Shown in pieces: positions 63,335-64,000 of a DNA stretch of 64,000 nt; within the stretch, counting starts at the first letter, position 1; every line of letters begins with the position of its first letter. This DNA comes from an uncultured Kiritimatiellota bacterium (lineage in GTDB: Bacteria > Verrucomicrobiota > Kiritimatiellia > RFP12 > UBA1067), in the NCBI GenBank assembly GCA_934675625.1, contig CAKURH010000005.1:125-64124 (forward strand), in the 5' to 3' direction. A program made the translations under genes and the position numbers. The notes under the pieces were generated by a model. The model ran no database searches and was not told the DNA's origin. It was given only the letters and a program-made list of their open reading frames with translations.

Positions 63335-64000
63335 TCAGCGCAGAATGATGAGCGAGCCGGCCTGTCCGACCTTCACACGGCCCGCGCCCGCAAAGGCGTT
63401 CGGGAGCTTTCCTGCCGAATAGGAGCCGCTCGGCATCACCTGCCCGTCGACAACGAGCGCGGCGACCGACGCCTTCACGCCCTGCGCGATCTCGACCGTG
63501 CCGCCCGCCTCGATCGTCAGCGTCGCGGCGGACGACAGGTTGCCGTTGCCGTTCAGCTTCAGGAGGCCGCCGTTCTGCACGACAACCGGCCCCGCCCACG
63601 TGGCGTCCGCCGTCAGGGTCAGCGTGCCCTTGGCGACCGTCAGCACATTCGTCTCGACCGTGGACTTTCCGCGCAGTTCAAGCGAACCTGTGCCTTTCTT
63701 CAGCAGGGAGGCATCGACTGCGCCCGCGATGTAGGAGACAAAGCCACGGCCTTCGTCGTTTTCCTCGAACGTGAGGGTCCGCCCCGGCGCGGAGATATTG
63801 CCCTCGGCCCACATCGGGCCCCAGACGGACTGAATCAGAAAGTCCGAATCGGCTTCGATGTCGCCCGTCAACTTAATATTGTTGGCAATCCGAATGCGAT
63901 GGGTCGAAGTCGCGCCGACAAACCGGATTTTGTTCGGCAGCGTCACGTTCCATGTTCCGAACTCCAGGTAGGGCCGTGTGCCGTCCGCGCTGCGCGCGAG
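63335..64000 (-). CDS. C-terminal part of a PATR (autotransporter-associated beta-strand repeat) beta-helix protein; the 5' end lies beyond the window
   Basis: The frame is open from 64000 to the stop at 63335 (666 nt); the track starts it at an internal GTG. Repeats of the type GTGSLELRGKSTV..NVLTVAKGTLTL and VQNGGLLKLNGNGNL..TLTIEAGGTVEI. Confidence 0.7.
   Translation of the reverse strand, partial: LARSADGTRPYLEFGTWNVTLPNKIRFVGATSTHRIRIANNIKLTGDIEADSDFLIQSVWGPMWAEGNISAPGRTLTFEENDEGRGFVSYIAGAVDASLLKKGTGSLELRGKSTVETNVLTVAKGTLTLTADATWAGPVVVQNGGLLKLNGNGNLSSAATLTIEAGGTVEIAQGVKASVAALVVDGQVMPSGSYSAGKLPNAFAGAGRVKVGQAGSLIILR

Overview
GC-rich bacterial chromosomal window (about two-thirds G+C by eye), almost entirely coding. 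Most genes lie on the minus strand in long operons whose stop and start codons overlap (ATGA, GTGA, TAATG). All homology calls come from reading motifs in the translations; no searches were run. Gene content (secreted CAZymes, LamG/PATR beta-helix proteins, FGE-domain proteins, XylR-type hybrid regulators) suggests a PVC-group glycan degrader (Lentisphaerota, Kiritimatiellota or Verrucomicrobiota), but that is only an inference.

Contents:
- Three secreted glycan-degradation operons. Operon 1 (14126 down to 1): triple-LamG protein, GH29 fucosidase, GH2-like, LmbE, GH28, LmbE, then a fused GH63-like/GH106-like enzyme that is missing from the supplied ORF track because it runs off the window edge. 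Operon 2 (44573 down to about 35226): FGE-domain protein, small protein, GH-like/LamG/sialate O-acetylesterase fusion, BNR sialidase, class II aldolase, a decayed KS gene and an EamA transporter. Operon 3 (64000 down to 55860): PATR beta-helix protein and two large multi-module GHs.
- A complete Wadjet (JetABCD) SMC-type anti-plasmid operon (28036 down to 20454). It carries a decayed, translationally coupled DUF1016/YhcG-type PD-(D/E)XK nuclease gene between jetC and jetD. A catalytically degenerate stand-alone ketosynthase-like gene sits directly upstream of it. This locus is my best candidate for something not previously described.
- Housekeeping genes: fabD, fabG, nadB, upp, an NCS2 purine permease, pdxK, eda, prmA, hisC, paaK and tRNA-Cys.
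- Regulators: two XylR/AraC hybrids, one GntR/FCD regulator and an orphan PAS histidine kinase.

Recurrent non-coding signal: nearly every intergenic gap carries an extended -10 promoter (TGnTATAAT or TGnTATACT). Four genes look leaderless.

No rRNA, CRISPR array, transposase or integrase was seen. Many long Arg-rich ORFs in the track are antisense shadows of real genes.
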